Below are positions 63,541-64,000 of a stretch of 64,000 nt of DNA, one piece after another; positions within the stretch are counted from its first letter, which is position 1; every line of letters begins with the position of its first letter. Both the position numbers and the translations under genes were made by a program. Origin of the DNA: Phoronis australis (taxonomy: Eukaryota > Animalia > Phoronida); assembly GCA_002633005.1 (NCBI GenBank), contig NMRA01000613.1, forward strand, positions 124,001 through 188,000, in the 5' to 3' direction. Under the pieces are notes generated by a model, which saw only the letters and a list, made by a program, of their open reading frames with translations, did not search any database and was not told where the DNA came from.

Positions 63541-64000
63541 ACTAAGTTCCTTAAGTCTACTGCAATTTTGTGGACTTGTTTAGTTTCATTACTAAGTCAT
63601 ATCTTTTGATATTATCGAAAAAATATATCTTTTCACGCGACGCCCCTAACTTGGACTAAGTTCCTATTTATTTTCACTAAATTCAGGACGCAGTTTTTAG
63701 TCATGTTATTAGACAATGTCATAGTCAAAGAGGAGCTCGTAGTCAAGATGAAGTGACAGAAAAAGATGACATACGTGAGGGAAACAAAGACATATAGGCA
63801 AAAGATTTAGGGTATTTATAGTTGAGACCCTATTTGGGACTATTTCGTGCAACACGGCACAAAGCTCCTAAAGTTGCTAATCAGTCATGAGATTCCCTTC
63901 CATTGCAGCAGCATTGCCGTCGTGAAAATTACCAACATAACCTCTCCTGGGTAGGTGTATCCTGTCATGTCCTTCAATTGGAACGTTCACTTCCGTGCTA

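Overview
This is an AT-rich, intron-rich animal genomic scaffold from a draft assembly: two N gaps, plus single-N joins flanking two roughly 1.2-1.5 kb near-identical duplications. It is not prokaryotic. A marine invertebrate, possibly a deuterostome, is my inference only. By hand-splicing GT-AG exons I recover six coding regions. (1) A probable signal-peptide first exon of a minus-strand gene near 2.9 kb. (2) A 4-exon, small, secreted, strongly cationic protein (8725-11004, minus) with a compact C-type-lectin-like fold that lacks the sugar-binding loop; no single ORF in the track captures it. (3) A complete 3-exon alpha-tubulin of 451 aa (minus). (4) BET1 SNARE, with three coding exons found and the first exon not located. 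(5) A complete 14-exon ACC-synthase-like PLP enzyme (ACCS-like, about 530 aa) with atypical active-site-box residues and a C-terminal extra module. (6) A decayed calmodulin-like/EF-hand fragment. The rest is repeats: CA..TG-ended MITEs with 5-bp target-site duplications (nested upstream of ACCS), a foldback element packed with TATCGATA palindromes, CR1/L2- and L1/Tx1-type LINE 3' ends, palindromic elements and mini/microsatellites. No rRNA, tRNA or CRISPR array was seen. The best novelty candidates are the loop-less cationic lectin-fold protein and the divergent ACCS-like enzyme.
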